Assembly: GCA_002633005.1 (NCBI GenBank)
Contig: NMRA01000899.1
Coordinates: 14,774 to 78,773, forward strand
DNA length: 64,000 bases
From: Phoronis australis
Taxonomy: Eukaryota > Animalia > Phoronida
Direction: 5' to 3'
Shown here: positions 49,801 to 63,210 of the stretch, in pieces
Numbering within the stretch: the stretch's first letter is position 1
Layout of the letters: each line of letters opens with the position of its first letter
Notes under the pieces: model-generated
What the model was told of the DNA's origin: nothing
The model's database searches: none
What the model saw: only the letters and a program-made list of their open reading frames with translations
Translations under genes and position numbers: made by a program

Positions 49801-52800
49801 TTAGTACGTGTTAATAGGCCAAACCCGTCGTGTTTGGTTTTCTGTTTAAGTCTGTGAAAAGATCTCTGGCAGAGATCTTTTTAGACATAGATGGGTCACG
49901 TGATGTGAAACGAACACTTGGTGTGCCTATTTAATTATACCATATCAACGCGCTGATTGGCCAGCATCATCAATAGAACGTGCTTACCTCCAAAATGGTG
50001 GCCATCATACAGTGTGAATATAACGCTTCCATCTGGAAGAACGATGTCCACTCGCCCATGCTCAATAAAGAACATCTTGTGTGATCTTTCCCCGGTACTG
50101 ATTATAGTTTCGCCTTTAGGGTAGATATCGTACTCTAGCCTCTTTGCCAGATTTGTTATGATGTCTTCTCCTGCATTCTCGAAAACGCACGCCTTCCCTA
50201 TCATGTTTCGTCGAGTTTGCACAAGAAGGCGGGTTTTAAGGTAAGGATTAGTCTCACTCAGTAATACCTCTTTGTCAAAGTAGATTTGATTATATTTCAT
50301 CTCGAAGTAACTTATCACCTTTCTTTGCAACTTTAAGGGCAAGTTGTGATATTTCATAAACAACTTGATTTCACATACGCGGTAGTCGTACTCGTTCTCA
50401 GCGGCTCCTTTCTGCGCGACAACATGCGTGACGTTGACAATTAGCAGAGCATTGAGCACGGTGCCGATCACCATGTTGAACGTAGTAACCACGGACTCGG
50501 CGGTAGAATAAGGCGCGTAGCCCCCGTACCCAATACTTAGCATGTGGGACAGACTACGGAATACGGCCTGGACGTAAATATCGGATATCGTCTTATTGCG
50601 CATGTTACTGATCATCACCCACGTTCCAGACGGGAAACCTTCATAAACCACCACTGTAAACTCCATACAACCGCAGAAATGCCAGGCACCAATGGTCAAA
50701 CATATGATATTGAACATTCGCCAAGAACTACGGCGGACGTTGCCCAATGCTTCGAGTTTAGGAACATATCGAAAGAGGCGAACTACTCGGACCATCGCTA
50801 ACCAGTTAATGGCACGATAGAACATTTTGTTGGTCTTCATGATTTCTTGACCGTACCTGTTGGACAGAGTCGCAGTACTTATTGGCAGCGAGCCAATGAA
50901 GTCTATAATAAACCATGTTCTAGCGTAGTGTTTTGCCACCATTTGAGAATTGAGTATAACTAGCTTTATCCCTTCCTCTCCCAGGTATCCTGTACGGAAG
51001 TTCATTACGACGTCAATCAGTAAGAACACGTCCGATATAACATTGACGGTGTCGAAGAAACTGCGCATTGCGTCGTGACCACGACCTTTTGACGGATTCC
51101 TTTCTCCCGGGTGAACAAAACCATCTGGATGAATCTGCTCGCTCAGAAATGCTACGTTAAAGGGTACGGCAAACAAGTTGACAGCCATGACGAAGACGAG
51201 TAGGAAGTCCCAAGACCAGCGCAGGATGCTGTAAGGGTGAATCAGGTATCTGTCATAGATCGCTGTTAGGCTCCTCTGGCGTGACCGTTCTGCTTCTATA
51301 GCAGTCCTGCTACGGTAAAATTTTCTGCTCACACGATTATACAGGCTAGTGAGCTGAAAAACGAAAATGAGTGCCTTGTTAGTTACAACTGGGAGATGCC
51401 GTTGCGGATGGTATAATTAAAGCTGAACTGGTACGTTTGTGTTCTCCAGACGCTAGAAGATCGCGAAAACGGAAGATCACGCAAGACTTCACGAGAAATG
51501 GCACGCGAAGTGCGTGATCATACTGTAACTTTCTTGACAAAATTCCCGCGCATGGGCTGCAAGAGTTGTGCATTTGGCATCAGTTTATTTTCGTACATAT
51601 TGGACTACCGTAGCATATGCACACCCCCTGTTACCTCAGTGGACACACATGTGCATGTGTTCTTTGATCTGGCAATGTTAGTTTGACGCTTTTCATTTGA
51701 TCCATGCTTTTAAAAATAGAACAATTCCAGAGATTCAAGTTGTATGTTGTGGAGTAATTTATCAATGAATTTCATGAAAAGATAATTAAAATGTTGAAAT
51801 TCAGAATTCTTGTACATCGTGTATCTATAGTTACAATGTAATGATATTGTCTCCAGTTTTCTAACAGGTAAATTTAAACACGGTTGTTGACATTAAATAA
51901 AGAGAACATGCAACTGTGGCCAGAGCAGCACTAAGTCTTTTCTTACATCACACCGCAGCGTAAAGACAGAGTTTAAAGCTACGTTTAATTTCAAATATTT
52001 TTAACTTGGGGGTTTCACGTTGCTTCAAATGAAAGAATATGGTAAGGCTGTGGGTATTTTGTTTACAAAAACTCTATAAATACGTAAGGCGTATAAGATA
52101 TATGGTGAAGAACAATGATAGACAAAAGTAGAAATTTCAACTCAGGATTAGTCGTCGTCGATTGTTACCATAGGTACACAGCCCATATCTCAATCAATAC
52201 ACACCTCCGCACCATATAAAGGGGTACACACCTCAGTACCATATAAAGGGGTACACACCTCAGCACCATATAAAGGGGTACACACCTCAGCACCATATAA
52301 AGGTGCATATTAAACACTGACACTCAAGTTAACTTTGTGAAACTGCTGTTCAGGCGTCCACCAACAAAGATTGGGTTGAACAATCAACAGTAGCACTTTG
52401 AAACAATTTATGTGAATACCGTGAAAATAGAAATAATACAAAGCACAAAATTGTGCTGATCCAAGTTCATTTAGATAAAACAACTGATACATCGGTCAAC
52501 AGTTACCAAATCTTTGGAGATTTAATTTCTATCCCTCAATTGGTCATTTTGCTGAATGTTACAATAAACATTTTGCTCAATGTTCCAATACGCATTTTGC
52601 TTAATGTTTTAATACACATTTCCCTCAATGTTCCAATACACATTTTGCTCATTATTCCAATACACATTTTGCTCAATGTTCTAATACACATTTTGCTTAA
52701 TGTTTTAATACACATTTCCCTCAATGTTCAAATACACATTTTGCTCATTATTCCAATACACATTTTGCTCAATGTTCTAATACACNTAAAGGGGTACACA

Positions 52801-54663
52801 CCTCAGCACCATATAAAGGGGTACACACCTCAGCACCATATAAAGGTGCATATTAAACACTGACACTCAAGTTAACTTTGTGAAACTGCTGTTCAGGCGT
52901 CCACCAACAAAGATTGGGTTGAACAATCAACAGTAGCACTTTGAAACAATTTATGTGAACACCGTGAAAATAGAAATAATACAAAGCACAAAATTGTGCT
53001 GTTCCAAGTTCATTTAGATAAAACAACTGATACATCGGTCAACAGTTACCAAATCTTTGGAGATTTAATTTCTATCCCTCAATTGGTCATTTTGCTGAAT
53101 GTTACAATAAACATTTTGCTCAATGTTCCAATACGCATTTTGCTCATTGTTCCAATACACATTTTGGACAATGTTTTAAATTAATACTCACTTTGCTCAA
53201 TGTTCCAATACACATTTTGCCCATTGTTCCAATACACATTTTGGACAATGTTTTAAATTAATACTCACTTTGCTCAATGTTCCGATACACATTTTGCTTA
53301 ATGTTCCAATACACATTTTGGACAATGTTTTAAATTAATACTCACTTTGCTCAATGTTCCAATACACATTTTGCTCAATGTTCCAATACACATTTTGTTC
53401 AATGCTCCAATACACATTTTGCTCAATGTTTCCGTACCCATTGGACTTAATGTTCTAATTCATGTTTTGCACAATGTCCTAGGTATATGTTTTTCCCAAT
53501 GTTTCAATATGTTTCTCAATGTTCCAATCCATATTTCAAAGCAGAAATGCATTACATGGATGTGTTGAAAATTATTTGAATTAAAATTGCAATGTGGGGT
53601 ACGTAGGCTAAGTTTGAAAACTTTCAAATCCCATGATCTTAAAAGACTAATGGATATCTGGAACATTGAAGCAAAAGATGAGTTTGAATAAACAATCACA
53701 TGTATAGTTTCCGTTCGTTTACACAAAGATGTCTGTCGTGCTGTATGTTCTACTCACCACGAATAAATCCTGAATGAAGTTGCAAACAATAACTTGCGCC
53801 CTCTGGAATACTATATTTGCGTGAAGTTTAAGATTTTCGGGAGTGAAGCTTAGATACGTTTCACTTCCTTCCGTTCCTTGGCCACTCTTACCCGGAGTTT
53901 CGGAACTTCGATTGCTCCCTGACGTGGTTGAAAATATCGACTTCGAAACAGTACCGCTTTCCTGGGTCCTGGTATAAGAATCTGGCGATGTACTCTCTTT
54001 AGTTTTAGTGTTAGAATCTGGAGACGTTCTGTCCCTAGAACCGGTACAAGAGTCTGGTGAGTTGTTCAATCCGGGACTTGAAGTATATCCAGAGCTATCG
54101 GACGCCCTTTTTGAAAAATCATACTTTGCGTTAATATCGGTGGAAAACCACGATACCTTTACCTTTCCTTTATCTTTATGTGCCAAGGAATATCGCTGGT
54201 CATCAAGATCTCGTGGTATTTCTTGGATATTTTCCAGGGGAGACTTTTTGGTGTAATTCCTTTCTCCGTGGTGGAAATCTCCCGTTTTTGTGCTGTCAGG
54301 GCTTTCAAATTCTGTGGAGCATACCTCTTGCTCTCCCAACACTTCCGTTGTTTCAAAATTCTGTTTAGAGTTTTGCAATGTTGAGGATGTGATTATCTTC
54401 CCTTTACTTTCTCTGTCGGATTGTGGTTCATCATCAGAGTAATACTTCGCTCCGTGCACCTTCGGCTCCATCTCCTCAACCAACACATCCTCCTCCGTTA
54501 TTAGGTCGCCAGAACTTTTTGAATCTGTTCTGCGGAGGCGATGGCGCTTATCGTGTGGTTGGCTACCGTTGGTGATTCTCTCCATTTCTTTGCCGTCAAA
54601 GCGACCTTTCCGATGGACAGTCTTAACTCCAGAGTAGTTATCTTCGCTGTCTGCGCTGTCCAT
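46803..54663 (-). CDS. Divergent HCN-like (CNBD-family) cation channel, ~1044 aa
   Basis: Exons 54663-53758, 51353-49988, 49166-49072 and 47570-46803 join in frame (3135 nt), with an in-frame TGA upstream of the ATG. Motifs: IHPYS..WD (S1), SDVFLLIDVVMNFRTG (S2), TWFIIDF (S3), RVVRLFRY (S4), SHMLSIGYG (pore), C-linker FMKYHNLP, CNBD MFFIEHG..FGEMGML. Confidence 0.88.
47614..47876. mobile_element. MITE with 5-bp TSD in the last intron of the HCN-like gene
   Basis: CATGCGCGCACCCAG...CTGGGTGCGGGCATG, flanked by CAAAA/CAAAA. A related partial copy lies at ~30745-30939. Confidence 0.8.
48342..49014. repeat. Long imperfect palindrome (~330-bp arms, ~30-bp loop)
   Basis: Matching arm segments include GGTAAACAAGCCTCTACTCTAGACA vs TGTCTAGAATAGACGCTTGTTTACC, and GATGGTTTTGTCCAACGAATAT vs ATATTCCTTAGATAAAACCATC. 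Confidence 0.85.
52198..52305. repeat. 27-bp tandem repeat (TATAAAGGGGTACACACCTCAGCACCA)
   Basis: About four consecutive units; recurs at 52787-52848. Confidence 0.9.
52545..53535. repeat. ~24-bp minisatellite (CATTTTGCTCAATGTTCCAATACA), two blocks
   Basis: Many degenerate units at ~52545-52785 and ~53090-53535. Confidence 0.9.
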
Positions 54664-57600
54664 TTTTGGTGAATTTCACCCCTTTTGTCTGCTGCTAAGA
54701 GCCATACTTTCGCCATGTTTGCATCATGACGAAATAACAATTGAACGCCGTCAATTATGATTACGTAAGCGCATGGTATGAAGAATACTTAAAGTGTACG
54801 CAACATGACTCTAGTTCCTCAAAATAAATTTTATTATTATATCTTACTTGATTTCAGTGCCTTTAGTCCACAGCTCATAAAGAAACACGTAAAAATTGAA
54901 AAAACTAATAATTATGTACAACGTCATGGGTTGAACCCAAGTCGTTCGGCACACTGTTCGGATCAGCAACTAAGTGTATAGAGTGAAGTGAACGTAAAGT
55001 ATATTTCGCGTCGAGAAGGTTCGTAGAGGGATNTAAGAGCCATACTTTCGCCATGTTTGCATCATGACGAAATAACAATTGAACGCCGTCGATTATGATT
55101 ACGTAAGCGCATGGTATGAAGAATACTTAAAGAGTCGGCTATGCGAGTTTTTTTCTTTTCTACAACATAGGCGTTAATTGCTCTGTGAAAGCGCCCCAGA
55201 TTCCTTGGGTTATCGTGGCTGACAGATTTGGATATCGCCGCGCCTTTCAGCCCGCACTCGACTGACAAAATCACAGCCACGGACCGCTTCGCGATATCCC
55301 TGAATGAATACTACAGAGCAACGCTTCAGCCGTCGTATGAAAAATTCGAATTTTTGGTGAGCAACAGAACAAATTTGGACTCATTATATAAAATGTGGTG
55401 CGGTGACCATGGAATCCTCGAACTGAAAGTACTGATTTATTTAGGAATCTATAGAAATTACTTCACTTTACGCTTGTTGGCAGTAAGTTGATCAGAAGTT
55501 TCCACGCTGAACTGACCGGGAGGTTTTTTCGTACATGAAAATAGGAAACGTGAACTTGGCTTTGCATTCTCTTGTCAACTACACGGCGGGTTCCCAAACT
55601 ACACTGAGTGCCGTGGAAAATTTGAAATCATTGATTCTCGGTCTTGCCTGGTATATTATTTCCCGACATGTACTGAAAGTAGCTTTTCGTCTTTGTTTCC
55701 GTTGTATGTTTTTTGAAGACATTCAGAAATACAAAATTAACAGCGGGTTAGTAAAGGCCGAGAATCAAAATTCTGTTTCTCTCATCCTTTGAAAGGATCG
55801 ATCCGATCCGTGTCACTCTTAGTCCAGCTCCACTCTGAGTCCAGTGAGCTGATCACGGACAGTCCGGCATAAAGAGCGCAAGCCTACTACCTCAAAGAAG
55901 GCATTCGCAAATGGTTAAAGAAGCGAGGTAAGGCCTTCTAGAGTATATTACCTTTGCCGGGTTAAAACATTGATTGGAGACACGTGGGGGTACATCTTTA
56001 AGAAAAAATGAGCCAATTAAGTAGGTCTGAGTACCATACGTGCATTTTCAAAGAGTAATTGTCAGTGATGCTCGCTTTGACAATATTTTTTGCAACGAAA
56101 ACACCGATTTTCTAAATAAGTGTGCAAGTCATGGACGTGGGAACTTTTTTGAATTTGAATCATAGGCGTATTAACTGGTCACGTAGAAAAAATAGACTTC
56201 TGATGTGCCGGCTTTGCTCGCTCTGGGCCAAAAAATATAGACCGCATTCAGTTCCGACAGAGATAGATCCATGGTTCCAAAGGTGAGTCTGCAGAATTTT
56301 TTTTGGGGGGTATGGCGTGTATGAGTCGGATTTCACTCCCATCCAATGACCAGTTCGTGGGGCCAATTCGTCCCTTTCCTCACTATTTGTATGTACTATC
56401 ATTCAAATAACTTTCTGGTGGTATCCTGGTCTTACTCATTAATTTTTGATTTGTACTTCCCGTTTGTATTTTTCAACTCCCATTCCGGCTCAGGGCGCCG
56501 CAACACGTGAATCCCAGCTGATGGTGAAAGCGGGAGACCAACGTTATTCTATTAGTTCTAAAAATAGAATTAGCACAGAGGTGTGCGCAGCTCGTGATAC
56601 AATGAAGCGTTCTGATTGGCTGGCTCATATCTGCACATGTATCAAGGGATTCCAGCCATTCGTACCGGTGCTATCTGTCTTCAGCAATTAATTTGGTGAG
56701 TACGTGCATTTAGGGCGTATGCCTGATCTTCAATATTAGCCTTGAACAGTCATGCTTGCCAGGTCCTGTGCTTGCGGAAGATATCTCGCTCCAGTCCCCC
56801 AAAATGTGCACGACCGACGAAACTACATTGCCGACTCGAACTCTCGAAACCGTTCTACAAATCAGTTTCATGCGTGCAAAGTGATGGTTGCCTTCCGACT
56901 TCCGTGTTCCCGCAAACGGTGATCGAAGTACCGGTATCAGTCGGATATAAATGTCCTTACCCTGAGAACCAAGCAAATAGTTATTTGAAGACGAGTCGCG
57001 TGTCTATTAGAACTAGATCACTGCGTAACAGGACCAGTCTACCCTAGTCTGGCCTAGTTTAGACATTGTTAATATTCAATAGTGGCTAGCCAGTGACCGC
57101 CGTCGTCTCTAGCTGGCCAGTAGTTCAACTAGAAACGGGGTTACTGTCTAGTCACTGGCATGCTGCTGCGATTGTAGAACTATAAATCTTATTTCCAATT
57201 TATTTCCATGGATTTGAAGGTGGTTACATCACATGTTTCAGTGTAAACAGAGTGACAACCATCGCTAGCTAAACTACGATTAGACTTAGAGGCGGTGATC
57301 ACTGTTTGCACTGGTTGAGTTTTGTCAAATATCAGACCAGTTTGCTAACCTCAAAAGCCCTTAAAATCCACCCACAGTTATCTCTATGGAAACCACCCAG
57401 CTTCACCTGATGTTCTTATTCTTGTGAGTTTAACTCGTGTAATTAGGTGCCGGGAAATTGTCCGTCATTAGCATGAAAGTAAACACTGCAGGTAACAACA
57501 ATAGAATTTTTGAAGTTTTTGTTTTGAAAGTTTTTGAATAGGATTGTGGAAAGTAGCTACACATGGTTAGGTTTTTCCATTTTGAAAATCGGACTAGAAA

Positions 57601-59241
57601 CGTTACTTTTATGACGTAAAACTGAGAAAGTCCACAGTCAGTATTCTGCAGGCCACGCAACATAATGGGCCAATTACCAAGGGCCTTATAAACCAACTGT
57701 TTGAAATTGAGGAATTCCAATTCACACATACACGGTATGGGATCTTGAGATTGAACTTGTTAAAACAGTGATGAGCCTGGCTTCTCCATATGGTTTAGAG
57801 AGCTTTGAAAATCATTTGTGCATTCTGATTTCTGGTAACCAAATAGCCGCATCTCGAAATCATTGCTCTTTGTTTGCAGAGGCAGAAATCGCCTCATGTG
57901 ATTGGTCTGGTTTTTGAAATGTAGGGTTGCTAACACATTTTATTTTGAGCTTAGTCAGACAAGTGAAGAAGATTTTATCATGCCTCATTCAGTTTTTTAT
58001 TTTGTTTATATCTGTACAGCTGTGAGGTAAGCGACCAACGGATATGCAGAACTGTGGGTAAATATCCCAAAATCAGAGAGGGCGCTGTATTACTGGAAGT
58101 TATTTCTTTTGTGACTTCTGACTGCTGCAACAGGTAGATAAAATTTCACCAATGTATGACACAATATGGCCGACCAGTGGGATATATTTTATGTTGTTTT
58201 CCTTGCAACATATTTAGCATGTTGTTCAAATTTTGTACTATAGCTACTGTCCCAAAAAGTTTTGAAAAATCATCGGCATTTTTGTAAATATTAGAAAACC
58301 TTTAATAATTACACAATTTTTGGGCGATTGTTTCGTCTGTAATCGTTCAGACTTTAGTGTTTGACACATTTTTGTTTGGCTGTCAGTATGTTAAGATAAA
58401 ATTTTAGTTTTTAGACACCTTAGTTTGTACACTTTAAATTTCACAGTTCTATTGTGCAAAAAAAAAACAGTTGTTTGATGAAACCACTTATATTTAAAAA
58501 TTCATGTCTTTGGGGATTTGAAAGAACCTTCAGTTCATTATTGAAAGCAAGCTTAGTTCTTTATGAATATGGGCTGCACAATTTCGATTGTCACGGTGTG
58601 TCCATGTCTTGCATGGTCTCGACGAATAAAAAAAACTACCAGCTGTGCAAACCTGAAATCACTTAGCTCATTTCAGTAAGGAGCTAGTCAGTTTCATAGC
58701 AATAGTGAACTAAATCAAAGTTCACTTGTAGCTCTGCTAACTGTTTCATTATTACTTGGAGGAAAAAGGTAACAGGCTTTGAATCATAGCAAAATGACAA
58801 TTTTGTTAATCATTTCTGTGGAAAAAATTGTTGGTGAGCAACTACGGTAACCTTTTCTTATGAGAATTCAGATCATAGTGGCATTACTATTTTAAAGAAT
58901 TCACTGTCGGTTTGGGTTTGGAGAAGGTAAGTTGTTGGCATAGTGGCTTAGAATGTTGGGCGTTGTAAATGCTTGAGTGTCATTCACATATAGGCCTTTT
59001 GAGATTGACGTGCAAGATTAGTGAAAGAAGTTCTTTGTGAACCCTGCTTTCAGCCATACAACTGCTCCAGTAAATCTGAGTAAGCAGCTGAACAAAGTGT
59101 TTTGTGGTGCTGACTTAGGAGATAATTGTTTATTACCCCCTATGGGTGTAGAATAGGCAGGCCTGGAATGGTGGCCATGTTGCCTTTTGTTGGACAGTGG
59201 TGTTAACAGGTATTTGAATGCCGTTTTCTTTTTCTTTTCAG

Positions 59242-59305
59242 GGCAGGATGGTGTCTGTTGCTGACAGCATCTACACACAGTATCTAAACTCTATCCCTCA
59301 CAGAG
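59242..59305 (+). CDS. Candidate first coding exon of an unidentified downstream gene (MVSVADSIYTQYLNSIPHR..)
   Basis: Strong polypyrimidine acceptor (ttttctttttcttttcag), ATG at 59248, open frame to a GAG|GTAAGT donor. No partner exon was identified. Confidence 0.4.
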
Positions 59306-59492
59306 GTAAGTCACTTGTCACACTAACCAGGTGCATTAATATCCACCTTGGTTTGTGTCCAGATCCGGGTTATTGAAAGGTTTTTTTCTATATGTCTTTA
59401 TAAATTTTTTGCTATGAATTTAGTTTTCTTTTTGATTGATTTTAATATTAAAACGATGGTCATGTGACCTAATTGGGATAACGTGAAAAATC

Positions 59493-59606
59493 AAATTCTA
59501 TGCGGTTTCTACTTGCAGAAAGTAATCATTCACTTTCCTTGAGTTAAATTCTATGCGGTTTCTACGTGCAGAAAATAATCATTCACTTTCCTTGAGTTAA
59601 ATTCTA
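59493..59606. repeat. 53-bp tandem duplication
   Basis: AAATTCTATGCGGTTTCTAC..CATTCACTTTCCTTGAGTT twice, plus the start of a third unit. Confidence 0.9.
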
Positions 59607-59683
59607 CAGTTCTGTAGATATTTGAATAAATGCACCCATAAAGTTGTACTGACAATATTTCATTGCATCATAGAATGTGTAAA

Positions 59684-60089
59684 GTGCCGTTCACACACAG
59701 ACTTATCCTAGAACAAGTTGCTCCTGGAACGAATCGCCATAGGTTTGAGGACTGTGTGGACGCTATTTAAACCAGCAACTTACCCCACTGGTGACCACTT
59801 GCTCCACCTTATTGAAGTAGGGTAACTTGTTCTAGGATAACTTTCTTCCTTTCTAATCACTGTGTGTCTGCAAACCTGGGGCAAGGCGGAAGTAATTATC
59901 ATCTGGGGTTATGTAACAGACGGGTCTTCTTTTGCGCACTGTGTTCGCGTCAGCTGTTCATTGTCAAGCACAGAGCGAGAACTTCTGTCTTACCCTAGGT
60001 ATCAGAACTGTGTGTGTTGCTCCACTTACAAGCGGGGTAAGTTACACTGGTGTAAGTTGTTCTAGCGTAGGCTGTGTGTGGAGGGGACG
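59684..60089. mobile_element. Degenerate MITE with CTAGAACAAGTT subterminal inverted repeats
   Basis: GCCGTTCACACACAGACTTATCCTAGAACAAGTT vs AAGTTGTTCTAGCGTAGGCTGTGTGTGGAGGGGAC. Confidence 0.55.
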
Positions 60090-63000
60090 TTTTGTTTTGA
60101 CTTCCATAGTGGCAGGTGTCATGTGCATGGTAGCACATGGAGTTGAGGATTAGTGAGAAATCACATGGAAACACTATGGAGCCCTTTGAAGATGACATTT
60201 ATGAAGTTTCATTGTTAGTTGGCACATCGTAATGAACTCTCCTGGAAAAATACATTGCATTACTGAGCTACTCTTCAAAATGTCTCTCCCGAGCTGATTA
60301 CAAAGGAAAGTACACCCTCCAGGGATATTTATTCAGTTTACCATATTGGTATCACCATTGGAACTCCATGCAGTCGTACAAATTTGCCAGCATTACAACT
60401 ATGGATTACGTAATAAAGCTATGAAATAGTGAGGGAGACTTTTACCTGTGAAGAGGCAGCATGTTCTTGACACTTGTGTTGCATTGTGGGTAAATACCTA
60501 GAATCGTGCTGTGCTATTTCTGAACAGTTGTGCTCTGACATAGGACAAAACATTATATTGAATTATAATAAAGTTTCTTCAAATTGGACACAATACTTTG
60601 GACCAATTTATAAAAAATTTCAGCAATTATAAACAAGAACAAAAATTAACTTGGTTCTTTGAAGTCTTTCTATAGCACAGCTGTCATCAACAATTTTGAA
60701 AATTTTTGGAAGTACTCAAGCGTTTTAAGTATGAAAAAATGCCAAATTCGGTCATTATTTTTTGTTCGTGATGTGAGGAAGCTTTACTATTATCAATCTA
60801 CCATTTGTTTGACCAAGCTTGCTCAAGGTTAAATTGCTACATCATTTTACTTGATACTGTCCCCAGTATTGGATTCCTTACTCCCTTTGCATCAGTACTG
60901 ATGCTCAGTCAGTTTGATAACCAGTACTGAAGCATTCTGTTCACCATACTGGTACTTTTCTGGTGCATTAAACACTCCCCTGCAGAGAGCCATAAACTAT
61001 GTGCTCAACTTATCTAGACAGGGTAATTCAGGTTCATGCTGAGATGTACTGTGTTGCTCCATTGCAACGTTGGCATACCTATGTGGTCTCACTTAAAACA
61101 AAGAAGGCAATAGTGTGAGGCCCAGTTTTGCATGGTTTTCCACGCTGAACTCTGATTTCTGACTAGAAACTTATTATAACATTATATTGAAACAGCTGGG
61201 TTACATAAGTTGTTTAATGACACTGGCCACATGGAGAATTTCTGGATAACACTGGTCACCACTAGGATTCCCTTAACCCCAGACAATTTATATGATGCTT
61301 ATTCAGCTCCCCTAATGTAGATCTGAGGTAATGAAGTGGAAAGGTAATTAATACCTAGCATTACTATCTCAACAGTCATGGTTGTTATTACACCCAAACT
61401 GGTTTTCTCTGGCATTTGCACAGAGTTACAGCCTGCAACTGTGGGGAGTAGTTTTAACTTGGTACATTTTAAATATTACAAAATGACTAAAAAGTTAGTT
61501 TTTGTTTATCTTGACCAAGGGTCACTTCCCAAAGGAACGGAGGTTTAAAATGTGTTTCATACTGGTTTTAATACTCCTGTCTACCTGTTTTTATTTTCTT
61601 CATGGGAACAGGTTGATATCTTTCTGACGTACCAGCGAAACTTACTTAGTTTAGTTAATTTTGAACCAATCCCTGAACTATCCAGATTACAGCTTCACTA
61701 AAAATTTTGACAGCGAACAAAAATTACTACATGTGTCATTAGTTCAAGTTTAATCTTTCTTAGAACAATAAATTATAAAATATACCCTGGTATACAAAAG
61801 TGAAACTGAAGATTTGGAATATCTGGACAATTTCGGTTGCACTGAGTACATAACTATCCTAACTTTTGATCAGTCAAAAAATGAAGAGCGGGCACAAGTT
61901 AAATACAACTGTTTCCTAGTCTTAAATCTGGGTAAAAGAGATTGAAAGAATATCAAAAGAACAATCCATGTGATTTTGTTAACTCTTATTAGTGTTTGTA
62001 AATCTACCGAGTATACCAATATGCACACGCACCCAATGTGTGTAGTTTTTAGCTTATTAGTTCATGATTTTTAAAAATCAAAAACCTTTCTCGGTCGTTT
62101 TTTCCAGCGAAATACCGCCATGGTGTTGGTTTTTAATGAAAATTATTGGCCAATGCATTTTGAAAATTCGCCATTATGTACAAGCAGAGATGTTTACTAC
62201 TGTTTATGGATTGGTAATTACACTTAACTGAGTCTTGCTTGCACCAGACAATGAGTCATCACAACTGTATCGGACTCCAGTGCCGTGCTCTCATTGCACC
62301 TGGTAAAGCCAATCAGAAGGAAAAGTGGTGATAATTCCTACATATACTTAGAAATGCGTGATTTCCTTGTAACCGTACTATTCATGCCATTTTTTATGGC
62401 AAGGACAAAAACAGCAAGGCATACGAATGTATACAGGTCTAATGAGATAAATTATGTGTAGCTCATTGTACAGGCTAAGGTTATAGTGGCGCCACCTTGT
62501 GATAACTTCACTGAATTAGAACTCCGAAGTTGATGTGAACACTCAGATGAACTTAATCAGAGTAAACCACACTTAACATCGTAGTTTCGGTTGTAGCGAA
62601 ATTAACTAGGGGCCTTTTAGTAAAGTGTAGCAATTTGGGTCCATTAGCATTGGAATGGAATGGAGTGAAATTCAAATTAGGCTTCTCCAAGGGTCTTGAA
62701 AAATTGCTAGGTCAGTCGCCTGTATCAGCATTGAATTCCAAGGTTGGAAAGCCTTGTGTCTTAGTGATAGTGGTGTTGCATTGCAAACATTCCCTGTACA
62801 GTTTCAACTCCAGACCAAAGTTGCTTGCATGATCAGGTTACAACCTGGTATATTGTGAGGTGTGAGCTTCTGTTGGAGCACACAAGTCATAGAACAAATA
62901 TGACCCCCCCCCCCAATTACTAAAATCCAGTAGAACTAGTTTCATCAATGAGTATCAGAATTGTAACTAAATCATGTTTGGCTAATATTTATTGTATGTT

Positions 63001-63210
63001 TCTTTGAAAAAAAAAAAAAACAATTCCAACACAACTTTTCACGGGAATTCAATTTCATTATTGTCAAATGGGTAAAAAATCACTAGTTTTAGTCCACTGT
63101 AGTTTAAGTTATTTCAGCCAGTATTTTATTGCCTTGAAGTCATAGCTAATGTTATAAATTCCCTGCTCCTCACATAAGAAGCTAGATTAGCGTACAAATG
63201 GACTGAAAAA

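Noticed and set aside
52198-52848. 27-bp repeats as a CRISPR-like array
   Set aside because: The units are directly adjacent with no unique spacers and no cas genes, and they lie in a eukaryotic intron.
52453-52863. 136-aa ORF with ILLNVPIH repeats
   Set aside because: Translation of the ~24-bp minisatellite, and it crosses an N join.
52787-53145. Near-identical repeat of ~52245-52600
   Set aside because: It starts exactly at the single N (52786), so it is probably a contig overlap or haplotype artefact.
55034-55131. Repeat of 54697-54793 upstream of the channel ATG
   Set aside because: It starts at the single N (55033), so it is likely an assembly overlap rather than a real promoter duplication.
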